NCBI GenBank assembly: GCA_003707115.1
Contig: PPNB01000032.1
Span: forward strand, 1 to 64,000
Direction: 5' to 3'
Origin: Tortispora ganteri
Taxonomy: Eukaryota
Length of the DNA stretch: 64,000 nt
Made by a program: the position numbers and the translations under genes. The notes beneath the pieces are model-generated. The model saw nothing but the letters and a program-made list of their open reading frames with translations, did not search any database and was not told the DNA's origin. This document shows positions 20,246-32,025 of the stretch, in pieces (position 1 is the stretch's first letter; every line of letters begins with the position of its first letter).

Positions 20246-22417
20246 TTACTTTGGCTTACTGTCGATACACGGATCGATATATACGAGCCGCACGCTGTGG
20301 TCATTACTGCCTATTGCGAGTAGTGTAGATCGTGGCCGCCATGCCATACATCTGACAGTTTCTGCACAGTCCCAGTTGTCTGACTTAGGGACCGCCAACA
20401 GCTCTGATCCTATAATGCGGAAGACAAGAACTCCGCCATTTTCTTGGCCTGCAGCAAGCAATGTGACACTGTTATATGATACTGTAGCTGTAGCTGTAAC
20501 GGAAGATTCTGTAGGCTGTGTGTGCAACAGTTCGACATTGTTTGTAGATGGATTAAACCTCCACAATTTCAACGTGTTGTCTCTACCGCTAGTCACGAAA
20601 CTGTAGTTGTTGTCTGATAACACCCATGAACACGACCATAATAGCCGCGAATGTGCTTTAAGTTGGTGCACAAGCAACCGCTTGCTGTCAACCTCAAATA
20701 GTGCAAATGACCGGTCTCGGGACACAGACAAAATGTACTTTCCGTCAGGTGAGAATCGTATGCAGTTCACTGTAAGATGATGTGCTTTTAAAAGCTCCGG
20801 GATTTGATTCCATGCGTCTAACGAGTCCGTAGACGATGAAAATAAACGTATTACAGCATTCTCCTCTTTATTTGCGCGACAAGCTGTAGCAATCAGATGC
20901 TCACCAGGTTTAGGGGACGCGTCTAGCGCTGAGATCTCATAGCCATGACCATACAACTTGTCAAGCTCAGGCCATAATGTGTGTCGTTCAAGGTCATCTT
21001 CAGAAGGTGGTTGGTTAGTCGTTATATGTGTAGCCAATTGACCCGATTCAACTTCTGGATCCATGTTAGTGTCGTCGTACGTTACAGATGATGAGTCATT
21101 AACAGCTTTGTTAGACAGGCCTAGAGTGGGTACAATGGCAGCTGCAGCATCAGTTGAAGATAAAAATTGCGGTGAAACAGTATTATGAATCAACGACGCA
21201 ATAGGTTTTGGTAACTGGAACACTCGCAAGATTTTCTCCTCGGCTGCAGACACAAAAACAGAATTGGTGACCGCAGTGCATGCTACCATATCGTAGCCGT
21301 GGATTTGCGGGCGAGACATTTCATGCCACAAATTATCTGGATTATTGTGTAACCAGCATGCCCATAACCGTGTAGTCTGATCAGTACTAGTGGATAAGAG
21401 GTATTCGCCTTCAGGAGACCATGACATACCAGTGACAGCGCCAGTATGTCCAGTGATAGGCAGCTTTTGTATACTATTTAACCAGATTCTCCATGATCCA
21501 GTACGTGATAGCGCCGCTATACCACCTTCTGGTGTCCAAAGCGCCGACCAGAACCCGCCTGAAGCACCGGTAGCCGTACTGGCTCCCTTAATGCTTACTG
21601 AACCGAGTCGCGTTTCCGGGATCCAGATACCTGAATCGTCTGGTGTCCACACAATAACACTAGAATCAGAACTACTGGAAAGCAATTTGCCATTGCGCCA
21701 ACGCAATGTCATGATCCAATCGTCGTGACCGAATAGTAATGCATCAAACAACATTTCAGACGACTCTGAGATCTTATAGTTCTTCACAACAAGTTTGGAT
21801 AGCTGTGAATTTGAGTCTGTAATAGAAACAACTTTCCAGAGCCGGATAGTCCTGTCTTGCGATGCTGATGCAACAATACCGTTATCGTATGACAGTGCTC
21901 TGACCCAATCCTCGTGGCCAGGGATAGTGGTCTGATGTATAAAACGGCCAGACGTATGGGTATACACATGGATAGTCGATGTAGACCCGGAAACAAACAT
22001 CACGGTAACCGAATCGATTGTTGCAACCTCTATAGCTAAAGAGTAGAACGAGAGATCAATGTGGTCAACAAGTGTCAATGTGGAGTCGTAGATACAGACG
22101 TGCTTGTCGATCGCGCAATAGACAAACCCATCAAAGCAGCGCAAAGCTGAAACCATGGCACAATATCCTGTATTAACAGAAACCTTCAAGGACCAATCTT
22201 TCGGATCATGGATCAATAGAGACCCAGTCTGACTGCCGCTGACTATGTAGTTGTTCAGGTATGCTACTGCTGTAACTTGCGACTTGTGTCCTGCAAGTAG
22301 TCTGACAGTAGATTTAAGGTCAGAAACTGCTACATTAGGCCCTGATCCGTACACTAAATAAGTGTCATTTATGTCTGAGGCGTTTGCATGAATATTGGCG
22401 CCAGCAAAGAGAGCCAT
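20246..22417 (-). CDS. ELP2: Elongator subunit 2 (WD40 repeats)
   Basis: FDALLFGHDDWI, WHEMSRPQIHGYDM, LGLSNKAV, HTLWPELDKLYGHGYEI. Confidence 0.94.
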   Translation of the reverse strand: MALFAGANIHANASDINDTYLVYGSGPNVAVSDLKSTVRLLAGHKSQVTAVAYLNNYIVSGSQTGSLLIHDPKDWSLKVSVNTGYCAMVSALRCFDGFVYCAIDKHVCIYDSTLTLVDHIDLSFYSLAIEVATIDSVTVMFVSGSTSTIHVYTHTSGRFIHQTTIPGHEDWVRALSYDNGIVASASQDRTIRLWKVVSITDSNSQLSKLVVKNYKISESSEMLFDALLFGHDDWIMTLRWRNGKLLSSSSDSSVIVWTPDDSGIWIPETRLGSVSIKGASTATGASGGFWSALWTPEGGIAALSRTGSWRIWLNSIQKLPITGHTGAVTGMSWSPEGEYLLSTSTDQTTRLWACWLHNNPDNLWHEMSRPQIHGYDMVACTAVTNSVFVSAAEEKILRVFQLPKPIASLIHNTVSPQFLSSTDAAAAIVPTLGLSNKAVNDSSSVTYDDTNMDPEVESGQLATHITTNQPPSEDDLERHTLWPELDKLYGHGYEISALDASPKPGEHLIATACRANKEENAVIRLFSSSTDSLDAWNQIPELLKAHHLTVNCIRFSPDGKYILSVSRDRSFALFEVDSKRLLVHQLKAHSRLLWSCSWVLSDNNYSFVTSGRDNTLKLWRFNPSTNNVELLHTQPTESSVTATATVSYNSVTLLAAGQENGGVLVFRIIGSELLAVPKSDNWDCAETVRCMAWRPRSTLLAIGSNDHSVRLVYIDPCIDSKPK

Positions 22418-22668
22418 GAGCAGGTGGATGGTAAGAGTTGAAAAAGTAGACTAAAGAAAAAAAAAAGCTTAATTGAAATGCTACAAACCAAAGAATTGGA
22501 AAATATGTGTTAAAGAATAGATTCATACATGCTACGATTAATTCGTAAACAAGAATAAAGGGGAGAAGGTAAAAGACTTCCGGGCATCATGACAAGGGAG
22601 CGCTCATTTTTGTGTGGAGGGAACAGGAAAAAAATAAGGGCAATTAGAGGGGAGACAAAGAATAAATT

Positions 22669-23307
22669 TTACTTCTTCTTGTCAGCCTCAGCCTCAGCCT
22701 TTTCGCGGGCACGCTTCTCGCGAATACCAGCAAAGCGGGCAATAGATTGGGCATCGCGAAGAGTACGGTAAGCCTCGGTGGTTTGAGCTTCAGAAGAGAT
22801 GGCACGGGCACCAGCTTCGGCGGGGGTTTGAACAACAGGGAAAGCGGACTTGACGCTGACAGTTTGAGTAGCAGCGGCAACCTCTTCAGCAGAAGCATCA
22901 CCAGATTTTGATTTGCCAGATTTGCGCGGGAAAACAACTAGTTTGCTCTTGTATTCTTTGAGACGAGCAACATTGGCTTCAAAACCTTCAACGTTACCAT
23001 TCTTGCGACGGTGGTCAACAGCAATGCCAACAGTGCGGGCAAACTTGGGAGTGAAACCAGCAGCTTTGACTTCCTCTAAGGTGAAACCTCTGCCAGCACG
23101 TACTTTGCGGTTGTATTTCAAGGTGGGGCATCGGACAATAGGTCTGAGAAGGTCCAGAGGACGGGGAGCAATAGCAGCGGCCTTCTTAGCGCGAGCAAGA
23201 CGGCGACGTGCCTTTCCGCCAGCCTGGTCAAGGTGAACTCTAACACGTTCTTGCCAGTGCTTGTGGAAGTGATTACGAGGGATAGGATAATTCTTAGCAA
23301 CACCCAT
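22669..23307 (-). CDS. RPL13: 60S ribosomal protein eL13
   Basis: [55 protein letters not shown]. Confidence 0.97.
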   Translation of the reverse strand: MGVAKNYPIPRNHFHKHWQERVRVHLDQAGGKARRRLARAKKAAAIAPRPLDLLRPIVRCPTLKYNRKVRAGRGFTLEEVKAAGFTPKFARTVGIAVDHRRKNGNVEGFEANVARLKEYKSKLVVFPRKSGKSKSGDASAEEVAAATQTVSVKSAFPVVQTPAEAGARAISSEAQTTEAYRTLRDAQSIARFAGIREKRAREKAEAEADKKK

Positions 23308-23392
23308 TGTTGAGGATAAGTAGGTATGTGGTTAGATGGATCACGGAGTGGAATGGCAGTTGTTTTGCGTTGTGCTGGGAGGTAGAACATAA

Positions 23393-23400
23393 CAGTCACA
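23393..23400. promoter_or_regulatory. Homol-D box upstream of RPL13
   Basis: Exact CAGTCACA about 86 nt upstream of the ATG; AACCCTA nearby at 23430-23436. Confidence 0.7.
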
Positions 23401-23675
23401 ATTTAGGTCTACTGTTGGTATAGCAACATAACCCTACTTACGAAGCACAACAACCTTACAGCTAGGTTTTTCCACTTATTAGTGTTATATAGTATGCAAT
23501 TAGTATCAAATATAAGACGTATAAATATATTCAGATCATTAGCATTATCCAGATTCGCAAAATGCCATTCAGTGATTGTGGGGGTTGCGGATGTGTGTAG
23601 AGATTGTAGATAAATTCTATACAGTTCAACTAATACAAGTACTACATAATAGTTATGATCATTTTACATTCATGA

Positions 23676-24425
23676 TTAAGCAGCAACGGGCTCAGAAGCC
23701 TCAGCAGGGGCACCAGAAACAGGATAGTCAATTTTAGGGATTTCCTGGTATTTGACGACAGTAGGCTCGAGGACAGCAGCATCTTCCTTGGGGTCAATGA
23801 CGGTGACAGCATCAGGAAGAACCTTGGCAATTCCGGCCATTCCAGACATATCGGTACCTTTCATAATCTTGACCTTGAGTCCCATAACACCCTGACGCAT
23901 AAGAAGGTGGCGAGTAGCAGTATCGATGAATTCATGAGCAGGTTGACCAGAGTGAATCATGAATCCATCTGTGAATTTCATAGATTTGGCACGAGCAGCA
24001 CGGAGTTTACCGGAAACGACAACTTCACAACCCTTAGCACCGTTGCCCATAACAAATCGCAAAACACTGTAGGCAGCGCGACGGACAGACAGGCCGTTCA
24101 AAAGCTTGTATCTTAGAGATTCACATTGAGTGACAGCGGAGATACCACGGGCATATACGCGCTCAGCGAACAAAGCAATGGATCCCTCTGAAAATTTAAA
24201 GCGCTTCTCAATGAGAGATTGTAGTTCACGAATTCTGCGTCCTTGGTATCCGAGAACAGCATCGATTCTGCTGGCTCTGATGACGATTTCAGTCTTGGAT
24301 GTAGCCTGCTTAACTTCGACACCAGAGTATCCTTCCTCGGCTAATTCGCGGGTGAAAAATTCATTGATTTCAGCAAAAAGTACACCGTCGGCGACTTGTT
24401 TCTTCTTTTGAGATGTGAGAGTCAT
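23676..24425 (-). CDS. RPS3: 40S ribosomal protein uS3
   Basis: [66 protein letters not shown]. Confidence 0.95.
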   Translation of the reverse strand: MTLTSQKKKQVADGVLFAEINEFFTRELAEEGYSGVEVKQATSKTEIVIRASRIDAVLGYQGRRIRELQSLIEKRFKFSEGSIALFAERVYARGISAVTQCESLRYKLLNGLSVRRAAYSVLRFVMGNGAKGCEVVVSGKLRAARAKSMKFTDGFMIHSGQPAHEFIDTATRHLLMRQGVMGLKVKIMKGTDMSGMAGIAKVLPDAVTVIDPKEDAAVLEPTVVKYQEIPKIDYPVSGAPAEASEPVAA

Positions 24426-24508
24426 GCCGAAACAATTATAATATGAGAAGTGGTCTAGTAACAGTCCTGGTGTAGTTGACTACTAGTGTTTGCTTAGCTT
24501 TGGGACTT

Positions 24509-24516
24509 TGTGACTG
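24509..24516. promoter_or_regulatory. Homol-D box upstream of RPS3
   Basis: Exact TGTGACTG about 84 nt upstream of the ATG; TAGGGT at 24539 and 24552. Confidence 0.7.
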
Positions 24517-24622
24517 CGTATTTGCCTAACAACATTCATAGGGTTAACTGTTAGGGTATCTATATTGGTTGTTTAGATACTGTATCCTGCAGATGAATTG
24601 AACATTTGCAATAATAAAGAGG

Positions 24623-24714
24623 AAATTATAAATAAATTATAAATAAATTATAAATAAATTATAAATAAATTATAAATAAATTATAAATAAATTATAAATA
24701 AATTATAAATAAAT
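24623..24714. repeat. Pure-AT 11-bp tandem repeat (AAATTATAAAT)x8 plus a partial unit
   Basis: Eight perfect copies read directly from the sequence. Confidence 0.95.
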
Positions 24715-25639
24715 GTCTTAATAATGGTTTGTAAATGTTTATATAATTCGCGAATGTCTAAATGTATGGCTGCGATGCTCTCTATTGGCAGTTTAACTAA
24801 TAAATTATAATGACTATATAATTCAATTGGCGTATGCTGACATATAAATAGTTTAGTCCAATGCAGATTATAAATATACAAACTGTTTATAAATTGAGGT
24901 TATGATTGTTGCAGATGCTAGAATTCAGATACCAGTAATGAATTGTTATTCGTGAGAGTGATAAGCGGAGATAGTAACGGCTGAATTCAAAGCTGCAAAA
25001 CGTCTAAGGACTATATGTTACGGAAACAAACTATAGACTATATAATAATGGATTCTGTATGTTTTAGATCAATACTATACTGTTAGTTCAACAAACTGAA
25101 TAAGATAGTCTCTTTGAGAAAAGATCTTGGGGTCTGTGATTTAGTCGTTGTTATCAGCCCGACTAAACCTAGAAGTGGTACTAAACCAATTTTAGCATGA
25201 TCAAAATAGCTATTTATAGCTTTTAAGATTGAATACTTATAGTAAATGCGTGTTTAGCACTTGATGGCGTGTTAGATACATGCTATAGTGCACTAGGGAA
25301 GAGCGTCACACAAGTACGAATGTCAGGGGCTCTAGGATATAAAAACTATGCGCGCTATACTTAGCATATTAGTTCGAAAAAATCACGCGTCTGATGAATG
25401 CCTGATTAATGTGCTAATCGACGCTATTGGTGTCAGACGACCAAAACAGTATAGTGCGCGAAGGGGTACATCGCGACCGCGTTTTAAAGTTTAACAGACT
25501 TGTCGAAAGGGGCGCGGAGGACCAGAGAAACAGCGAAGAAAAAAACAACGAAAAAGGAGCTACGCATTAAGATACAAGACAAATTAAGAAGTTAGATCTC
25601 AAATGTATAATTTAACAATTCAAATAGAGAAAACTCCGC

Positions 25640-25963
25640 TTAGAGCAGGAGAGCACCGGCACCGGCAACGACGGCACCAATGACAGCACCAGCGACCTTA
25701 GCAGTGGGGACAGCGGCAGCACCAGTGTAGAAGGTGGTGGGAGTGACGGTAACAAAGGTGGTGTTAGTTCCGTTCTTAGGGATGACATGATGGCATTCGT
25801 AGCAGTCGACAGTCTTGGTCAAAGTGCTGGGGGTAGCCTCGCCAGTACATTCACCACCAGGGCAGGAGGTGATAGTAGCAGTCTCCAAGACGGTGACAGT
25901 GCTTTTAGCAGCAAAGGCGGAGCCAGTAACGGCAGAAAGAACGACAGCAGAAGAGAATTTCAT
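25640..25963 (-). CDS. Small GPI-anchored cell wall mannoprotein (Ccw12-like)
   Basis: MKFS signal peptide, TITSCPGGEC motif, Thr-rich body, NGT sequon, YTGAAA omega region and hydrophobic tail; TATAAAA upstream near 26050. Confidence 0.85.
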   Translation of the reverse strand: MKFSSAVVLSAVTGSAFAAKSTVTVLETATITSCPGGECTGEATPSTLTKTVDCYECHHVIPKNGTNTTFVTVTPTTFYTGAAAVPTAKVAGAVIGAVVAGAGALLL

Positions 25964-26334
25964 TGTTGATTGATAAAGTAAAACGAGTGTTCGAAGTTGG
26001 TGGAAGTGGTATAAACGAAAAAACAAGTGCGAAAGCGACAAATACCTCCTTTTATAAATATTTAGGTGTCTTTGATCGGAATGTATACAAACTTTAAAAA
26101 TAGATTAAGCTTATCCATATATTTAGCAATTGAAAAAATCGCGATATTTCACGTATTTTAATTGGTTCAACCTTAAACGCGAAGGAATGTTCGCGCGGTA
26201 CGCCAAGTTTATGACATCTTTAGTGAGAAATTTCTAATGAAAGCTACGCTTATTCTTGGTACTGGCAAGAGCCCACTGATAAGCAATATAGAAGGTTTTA
26301 TTGTTCGATTACACTTAATGAAATCATAACCGCA

Positions 26335-26434
26335 NNNNNNNNNNNNNNNNNNNNNNNNNNNNNNNNNNNNNNNNNNNNNNNNNNNNNNNNNNNNNNNNNN
26401 NNNNNNNNNNNNNNNNNNNNNNNNNNNNNNNNNN
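26335..26434. other. Assembly gap (100 N)
   Basis: Run of exactly 100 n, a typical unknown-size placeholder. Confidence 0.99.
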
Positions 26435-26630
26435 ATATATCAGCTGAAAATTCTATCGCAGTTGTGGCAATGTGAAGGTGGTTATTAACGATATTTATTT
26501 AGCAGCCAACTAAAGTTTCGATCATGTAATAAAATATGCTGAATCTAGAAACTACGTGAGGACCTAGGGTTCGGCATATCGCCTTTCGCCTCAGTTCAAC
26601 TTCTGCTGCGACCAGTATAATAATACAACA

Positions 26631-27164
26631 ATGCCAACTCGTGCGGCTTCTTTTGGCACCTCTTTGATATTATGTCCCACGGCATTCCTGTTAGGTATTT
26701 TATTCAGCAATTCTATCTATGACATAAAGACTCTATGGGATCCTAATGCGCCCAGCACGGCCTTCGCTGCCTCGCTTGCTCATTATCAACAATGGGCAAA
26801 TCTCCCCAAAGTATGTCTACATTCGTTGCATGTAGTTATAGGAATTGGGTTACTTGGACTATTCATGAAACTATACAAGCCGTCCGAAGCCAATAAGCTG
26901 TTTGATGGTGGCTCGCTGGTTCTTTACATGGTCGCAATAATCATGTATGGCTCCTCCATACAACACGGTATAACTGCTTCTGTCACGGGAGTATGGGGTG
27001 ATGTATCTGAGAATGAAGGTATCAATGTAATTGCGGCTTCTCAGGTTATTATCTTGCTAGTCCTCATTGGCGTTTTAGTGTTGCAACTAGGCCAATTTTA
27101 CGCTGAAATAGAGGAAGATAAAGAAATCGCAAGCTTCAAATCCAATGAAAAGAAAACTAATTGA
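26631..27164 (+). CDS. SHR3: ER membrane chaperone for amino acid permeases
   Basis: GTSLILCPTAFLLGILF, KLYKPSEANKLFDGGSLVLY, WGDVSENEGINVIAASQ, GVLVLQLG. Confidence 0.92.
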   Translation: MPTRAASFGTSLILCPTAFLLGILFSNSIYDIKTLWDPNAPSTAFAASLAHYQQWANLPKVCLHSLHVVIGIGLLGLFMKLYKPSEANKLFDGGSLVLYMVAIIMYGSSIQHGITASVTGVWGDVSENEGINVIAASQVIILLVLIGVLVLQLGQFYAEIEEDKEIASFKSNEKKTN

Positions 27165-27341
27165 GCATCTTTGCTTCAAGATTGCAAAGAAACGACAAAA
27201 GGGTTGGTTTATAATTGTCTCATAATTCCCTATTTATGCAACTTATTGCGTCTAGTCTTTATATTTTCTAAGTTTCAAATGCATCTTCACACCGTGTAGT
27301 AGCTCAATAAGTGCTTTAAATCTCTTTGTTATCATATTAAC

Positions 27342-29478
27342 TTATTCGTAAGTCTCATCATTTTCTCGATCGTCGATCTTTATCCCCGACATTTCCACGT
27401 CCAGCGGCATGTCCGCCCGTTCGCGTCGTTTGTACCCATTCATTTCCTCATCTGAACGTCCGAACACGCCAGCCCACCACCTAGCAATCGGTGGGTTATC
27501 GTTATTGTACACAGGCACATTCAGTCCTTCCTTCCTTCCATTAACTGCGGTATCAAATTTCATATTCGAGACGTAGTCTCGTTCGCGCATACGTATGTTT
27601 CCGCCAGGTCGCGACGTGCTTCCAGGAAAAGTGAACATCGGCACAAGCAACACAGGGCCATTCACTTCGTCCAGGTTCGCATCATAGTGCTTGTTTGTGA
27701 AATCCTTTCTACGCGCTCGGAAATAATCCCATACAGACCGCGTACGTTCTGCCAATCGCTCGAGTATACGGTCTCTCTCGCAGTTTAGCAGGAACGTGCC
27801 ATATTGGCAGGAATACGTATGATACACGAGCCGCCGCAGAAACCTCTCGTTGTATTCGAACCGGTCAGGATATATATGTATTAATTGGTAGACAGCGTCC
27901 AAAAATTGTTGAAAAACAGGTGAGGTAAACTTGAGATTGCTAGGTCCGTACATTCTAGCGGGGCCTTGCCCTTCCATGCCAGCACTAGATGGCGCTGCAG
28001 CGTCTCTGTCACTACGAGACATGCTTTGCCAGATACTAAATAGCCCTGAAGTAGACGAAGAAGTGTTCGGAGAATCAGAAGAAGTAGAGTTTCCGGTGCT
28101 AAGAAGGCTATCGAGTGCCGCTTGTGCTTGATTGCGGTCTGATCTAGATATGACAAAAGATTTCTCATTGGAGAGATGCCCGCAGCGTTCCAAGAATCTA
28201 TGACCAAATGCCACAAACTCTTTTTCAACAAGGACCATAAACCCATCAAGTGTACGAAAGTAAGGGTCAAGCAGGATCTGCGCGATAGATGAAACTTGAG
28301 CAGTGCGGTCCCAGCCGTCAGAACAGTGTAACAGCACATGAGAGTGAAACAAGTGGATATGTCGTGAAACTAGAATACCGCCATTGAGAACGGTACACAT
28401 ATGTTTTAGCCAGCCAGTTCGCATAAGTGCGGTCTTGTTAGGGCTTAGTGGCGATATATCTGCATCACCAACTATCTCGAGGACCTTAATTAGTGAATCT
28501 CTGACAGCGTGTATGTTTTCTATGCCAAGGTAGCATTTTGTTGCAGAGGCATAATTGTCAATAACTTCTGAACCAGCTCCTAAAGCCGTTTGTGCTAGGG
28601 CATTAGCAGTAGGTCTAGCGTCAACAATCAAGTTATCGGATGCGGCGCCGTAAGCTTTGCGACCTTCAGAGTCAATCACTATATTAGATTCAAAAATTGC
28701 TTGTACCAGACGTTCATCCTGAACGGATCTATTCTGCTTTAAGCCCACTAAGGGCTGACTTGATCTTGTTATAGTGCATTTGTTTATACGATGGAAATAA
28801 GACAAGGCGGGTAGTCTATTCTTAGAGCGAAACTTGGCGGCGTATTTTAGCACTGAGTCTGATATCGTTGTAGGAACCACTATTTGGCTCGGATACGACT
28901 CACAAAACTTGTAATCAAAATTTATATTGGATAGTCTCCAGGGATAGTCATTAGAAGTTGTAGAGATAGCCCCCATACGTTCATATTCTCGGCTCGCATT
29001 GTATATACACCAAGACTGTTGTCGCGGACAGTTCTCAATACGGCCAGGATTATAATGAAAAGCATAAAGATTCTCAATTGACGGTACTACAGTGCAATGT
29101 TTGATAGTTTCAAAGCATTCTAGAGCCTGAATATCGTTGTCAAATTGAAAACAGTAGAATTGAAAATCTCTACATTGAAGACGTAGTGTAGCGCCTATTT
29201 TTGTATCAGTAACATCATTTATACATTCCAAATCAATCCTCCGACGTATTCTAAGCTCAGTACCCATCAAAAGAGGATAAGCTATCCAATGTTCCCTTTT
29301 CCTGCCATCTACAAGTTCGTGTTCTCTGAATATGATGTGGTGACTAGTGAGCAGTAGAGTGCCTTCGATGGCAATACCCCGCCTGACCAGCAGCAAATCT
29401 GCCACCTAAATTGTTAGTACTCAATCCGCAATTAAATATGCTCGTATTTTTACTTACCTTCGTATTTACACCATTCAT
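27342..29478 (-). CDS. YMR1: Myotubularin phosphoinositide 3-phosphatase; exons 29478-29458 and 29405-27342
   Basis: HCSDGWDRTAQ catalytic motif, FRSKNRLPALSY, TYSCQYGTFL; spliced N-terminus MNGVNTKVADLLLVRRG. Confidence 0.94.
29406..29457 (-). other. Spliceosomal intron in YMR1 (52 nt)
   Basis: GTAAGT donor at 29457, TACTAAC, TTTAG acceptor ending 29406, phase 0. Confidence 0.88.
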
Positions 29479-29748
29479 TCGTAGGTTCCCTCAATGTGTA
29501 GGTAGTGAGTAGATTATGAACCCGGTGAATATCCTCTCTTTACACTTAACAAGTCACGTGCATAGTCAGAAAAAAAAATAGTAATACTAATAATAAAACA
29601 ATATGAATAAAATGAAACAAATAAAAAGAGCGTCATAGAGCCGACATATAGCACATAATTTTACTTCATTTCTTCTTTCCTTTCTTCGCTGTAATCTCTT
29701 TTTGTCTCTTGGATACATGAGTATCAACATGTATATTGCGCCTTGAAC

Positions 29749-32025
29749 TTACCTTAGTTCTTGTAACTTCTCAATGGCCTTCGAGTGGTTTTGCGACGCA
29801 GCCTTGTAATACCATCTGCGCGCTTCATCAAGGTTCTCTTTTGCACCTATACCGACTTCTGAAAAGTATCCCATGGCGTATTCAGCTTTCGATAATCCCT
29901 TTTCAGCTGCTTTCCTGGCCCACAAGTATGCTTCTTTGTCCGACTGCTGTAGAATTCCTTCCGCACCTGTAAGATACCATCCAGAAAGAGCAAGTTCACA
30001 GTCCGGATCTCTCTTTTGAGCACCCCGAGAGTACCATGCTAAGGATAGACGCGCATCAACAGGACATCCAAGCAAACCATACTCGTAAATCGATCCTAGT
30101 TTGAAATGAGCAGGAGAATAATCCAGCTTAGCTGCAGCTGCAAAATAGTCAAATGATAGTTTAGAGTCACCACGTAATTCATTAGAGATAGCAGGATCAC
30201 AGTTGCCGTTGACTACTCCTTCATACAGAAGGCCCAGCTCGTGCAATGCGTGTGGGTTCTCTTTGTCAGCAATACTGGCAGCACGTTTTAGCCATTGAAT
30301 TCCTTCAGCAACATTCTGGGTTTCTCCGTTCATTCCCCTCAAGTTAATAATACCAAGCTTATACATAGCAGCGGGTGATCCCGAAGAAGCCGCTTTGTGA
30401 AACCAATAAATGGCCTCAACAGTATCTGCTTTAACACCAACGCCAAGTTCGTAGCACACTCCTGTTCTATAAGCTGCCTGCGGGTGGTTAGACTTGGCTA
30501 TAGACTCGTATAGTTCAAAAGCACGCTCTGAGTTTCGTTCTAGTCCAATTGCGCCATTGCCGTAGCAAGAGGCCAAAAAGAAAATGGCATCGGGATAATT
30601 TTCCGCAACAAGTTCTTTAATTAAACGTGCAGCAACAGCATTCCATGACGAAACTTTTTCTTTCTTAGATTCAGGGTCATTCTTTAGTAATACATCAGCG
30701 TCTTTGGCAGCTTCAACAAGTGTCTTGGCGTATTTCAGTTGAATAGCTTTGTCTTTAGGATTCGCAGCCGCATCGAGTTCAGCATCAGAGACACTGTTTA
30801 AAGAGATGACTTCCGGAGGCGTGCGAGAAGGGTAGTAAGAAGCAGGATCAGGGCTATCTAGATTCGGAATCCGATCAGAAATACTTCCTGTAGAGGAACC
30901 AACAGATGACAGAGGAATGTTCTTGTCCCTTGAGCTCTGAGATGTAATTGAAGGCCGGATATTTCGCTCTGGTTGCTTAAGCGGACCTGGAGAATTAGCA
31001 GAACTCGTATACATGTTCACAACTTCTTGCTTTATTGGCACGGGGCTTTCATACGCCCGTTCGTGCAAGCTTCTATTATTCTCGGCATAATCACGGGGAC
31101 CAATATCTATGGATGCTATCTCTTGCTCTAAACTTGTAGTATCAATAGGGGCACCAACAGTAACTGGAGATCTAGGACGGGTAACAGCAGGCGCGTTTTG
31201 TATGATATCTGTTGGACCAAGAGGCTCACGCGCAGAGCTAGAAGAGCGAAACGAATCCGACGCGTATTCATTTTCAGGAGGTTGCGGAGGATATGCATTC
31301 GTAGCAGAACCTGAACTGGAAGGAGGGAAATTGTGAGGGGCACCGTAGTTTGGGGAGGCTCCAGTTGCAGGACCAGAACCGGGACCATGCCCAAGATTAG
31401 CACCTACACCAGGATACCCACTGTAGCCATCAGTTGGTCGTGCAGGAGGTCCTCGAGCTTGAGGAGGGGGGCCGTTGACTCCTTGACGATACGGGCCAGC
31501 AGGGCCAGCAGGGCCAGCAGGACCAGCAAGACCAGCAGGACCAGTGGGTGGGCGCTGTCCGCGGTATTCGGTTCTATACTGTTGAGGTGGAGGTCGATAC
31601 TGGGGGTCAGGAGGGTAGCCTGAACGCGATCGCGCATCTGGCGGGTACTGCGGACGGCGGTAAGGGTCAGCTGGAGGAGGGGTGCGGTACCTTTGGCGAT
31701 AAGGGTCGGAACTGACGGAGTTAGTACGCGCGTAATGATCTGCAGGAGGACGCACGGAATGCGGCGGGGCACCTGTAGGTATTTGCGGCGGTAATTTGCG
31801 TTGGCGGTAGTAGGGATCAGGGGGAGCAGAGTTAGGACCACGTGGATAGTCATCACGACGAGTGGGCGCTGGGTAAGGACCTCCAGTCATATGTGGAGGA
31901 GGCGCATTCCCCGGACGAGATGGCGTCGATGAACGGCCATATTGTTGTGGAGGATAGCCTTGCGGTGGGCGGCTTTGTGAACCGTTCCGAGGATAATCAG
32001 GGTATCCTACTGAATAGTCAGCCAT
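29749..32025 (-). CDS. SKT5: Chitin synthase activator with SEL1 repeats and a long Pro-rich N-terminus
   Basis: YPDAIFFLASCYGNG, AAYRTGVCYELGVG, ADKENPHALHELGLLYE, LALSGWYLTGAEGIL, AEYAMGYFSEVGIG. Confidence 0.88.
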   Translation of the reverse strand: MADYSVGYPDYPRNGSQSRPPQGYPPQQYGRSSTPSRPGNAPPPHMTGGPYPAPTRRDDYPRGPNSAPPDPYYRQRKLPPQIPTGAPPHSVRPPADHYARTNSVSSDPYRQRYRTPPPADPYRRPQYPPDARSRSGYPPDPQYRPPPQQYRTEYRGQRPPTGPAGLAGPAGPAGPAGPYRQGVNGPPPQARGPPARPTDGYSGYPGVGANLGHGPGSGPATGASPNYGAPHNFPPSSSGSATNAYPPQPPENEYASDSFRSSSSAREPLGPTDIIQNAPAVTRPRSPVTVGAPIDTTSLEQEIASIDIGPRDYAENNRSLHERAYESPVPIKQEVVNMYTSSANSPGPLKQPERNIRPSITSQSSRDKNIPLSSVGSSTGSISDRIPNLDSPDPASYYPSRTPPEVISLNSVSDAELDAAANPKDKAIQLKYAKTLVEAAKDADVLLKNDPESKKEKVSSWNAVAARLIKELVAENYPDAIFFLASCYGNGAIGLERNSERAFELYESIAKSNHPQAAYRTGVCYELGVGVKADTVEAIYWFHKAASSGSPAAMYKLGIINLRGMNGETQNVAEGIQWLKRAASIADKENPHALHELGLLYEGVVNGNCDPAISNELRGDSKLSFDYFAAAAKLDYSPAHFKLGSIYEYGLLGCPVDARLSLAWYSRGAQKRDPDCELALSGWYLTGAEGILQQSDKEAYLWARKAAEKGLSKAEYAMGYFSEVGIGAKENLDEARRWYYKAASQNHSKAIEKLQELR
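31493..31544 (-). repeat. 9-bp coding repeat encoding collagen-like GPAGLAGPAGPAGPAGP in SKT5
   Basis: Units gggccagca/ggaccagca on the + strand. Confidence 0.8.

Noticed and set aside
24430..26630. Centromere in the AT-rich region around the gap
   Set aside because: Contains a normal cell wall gene, shows no CDE elements or retroelement remnants; AT richness alone is insufficient
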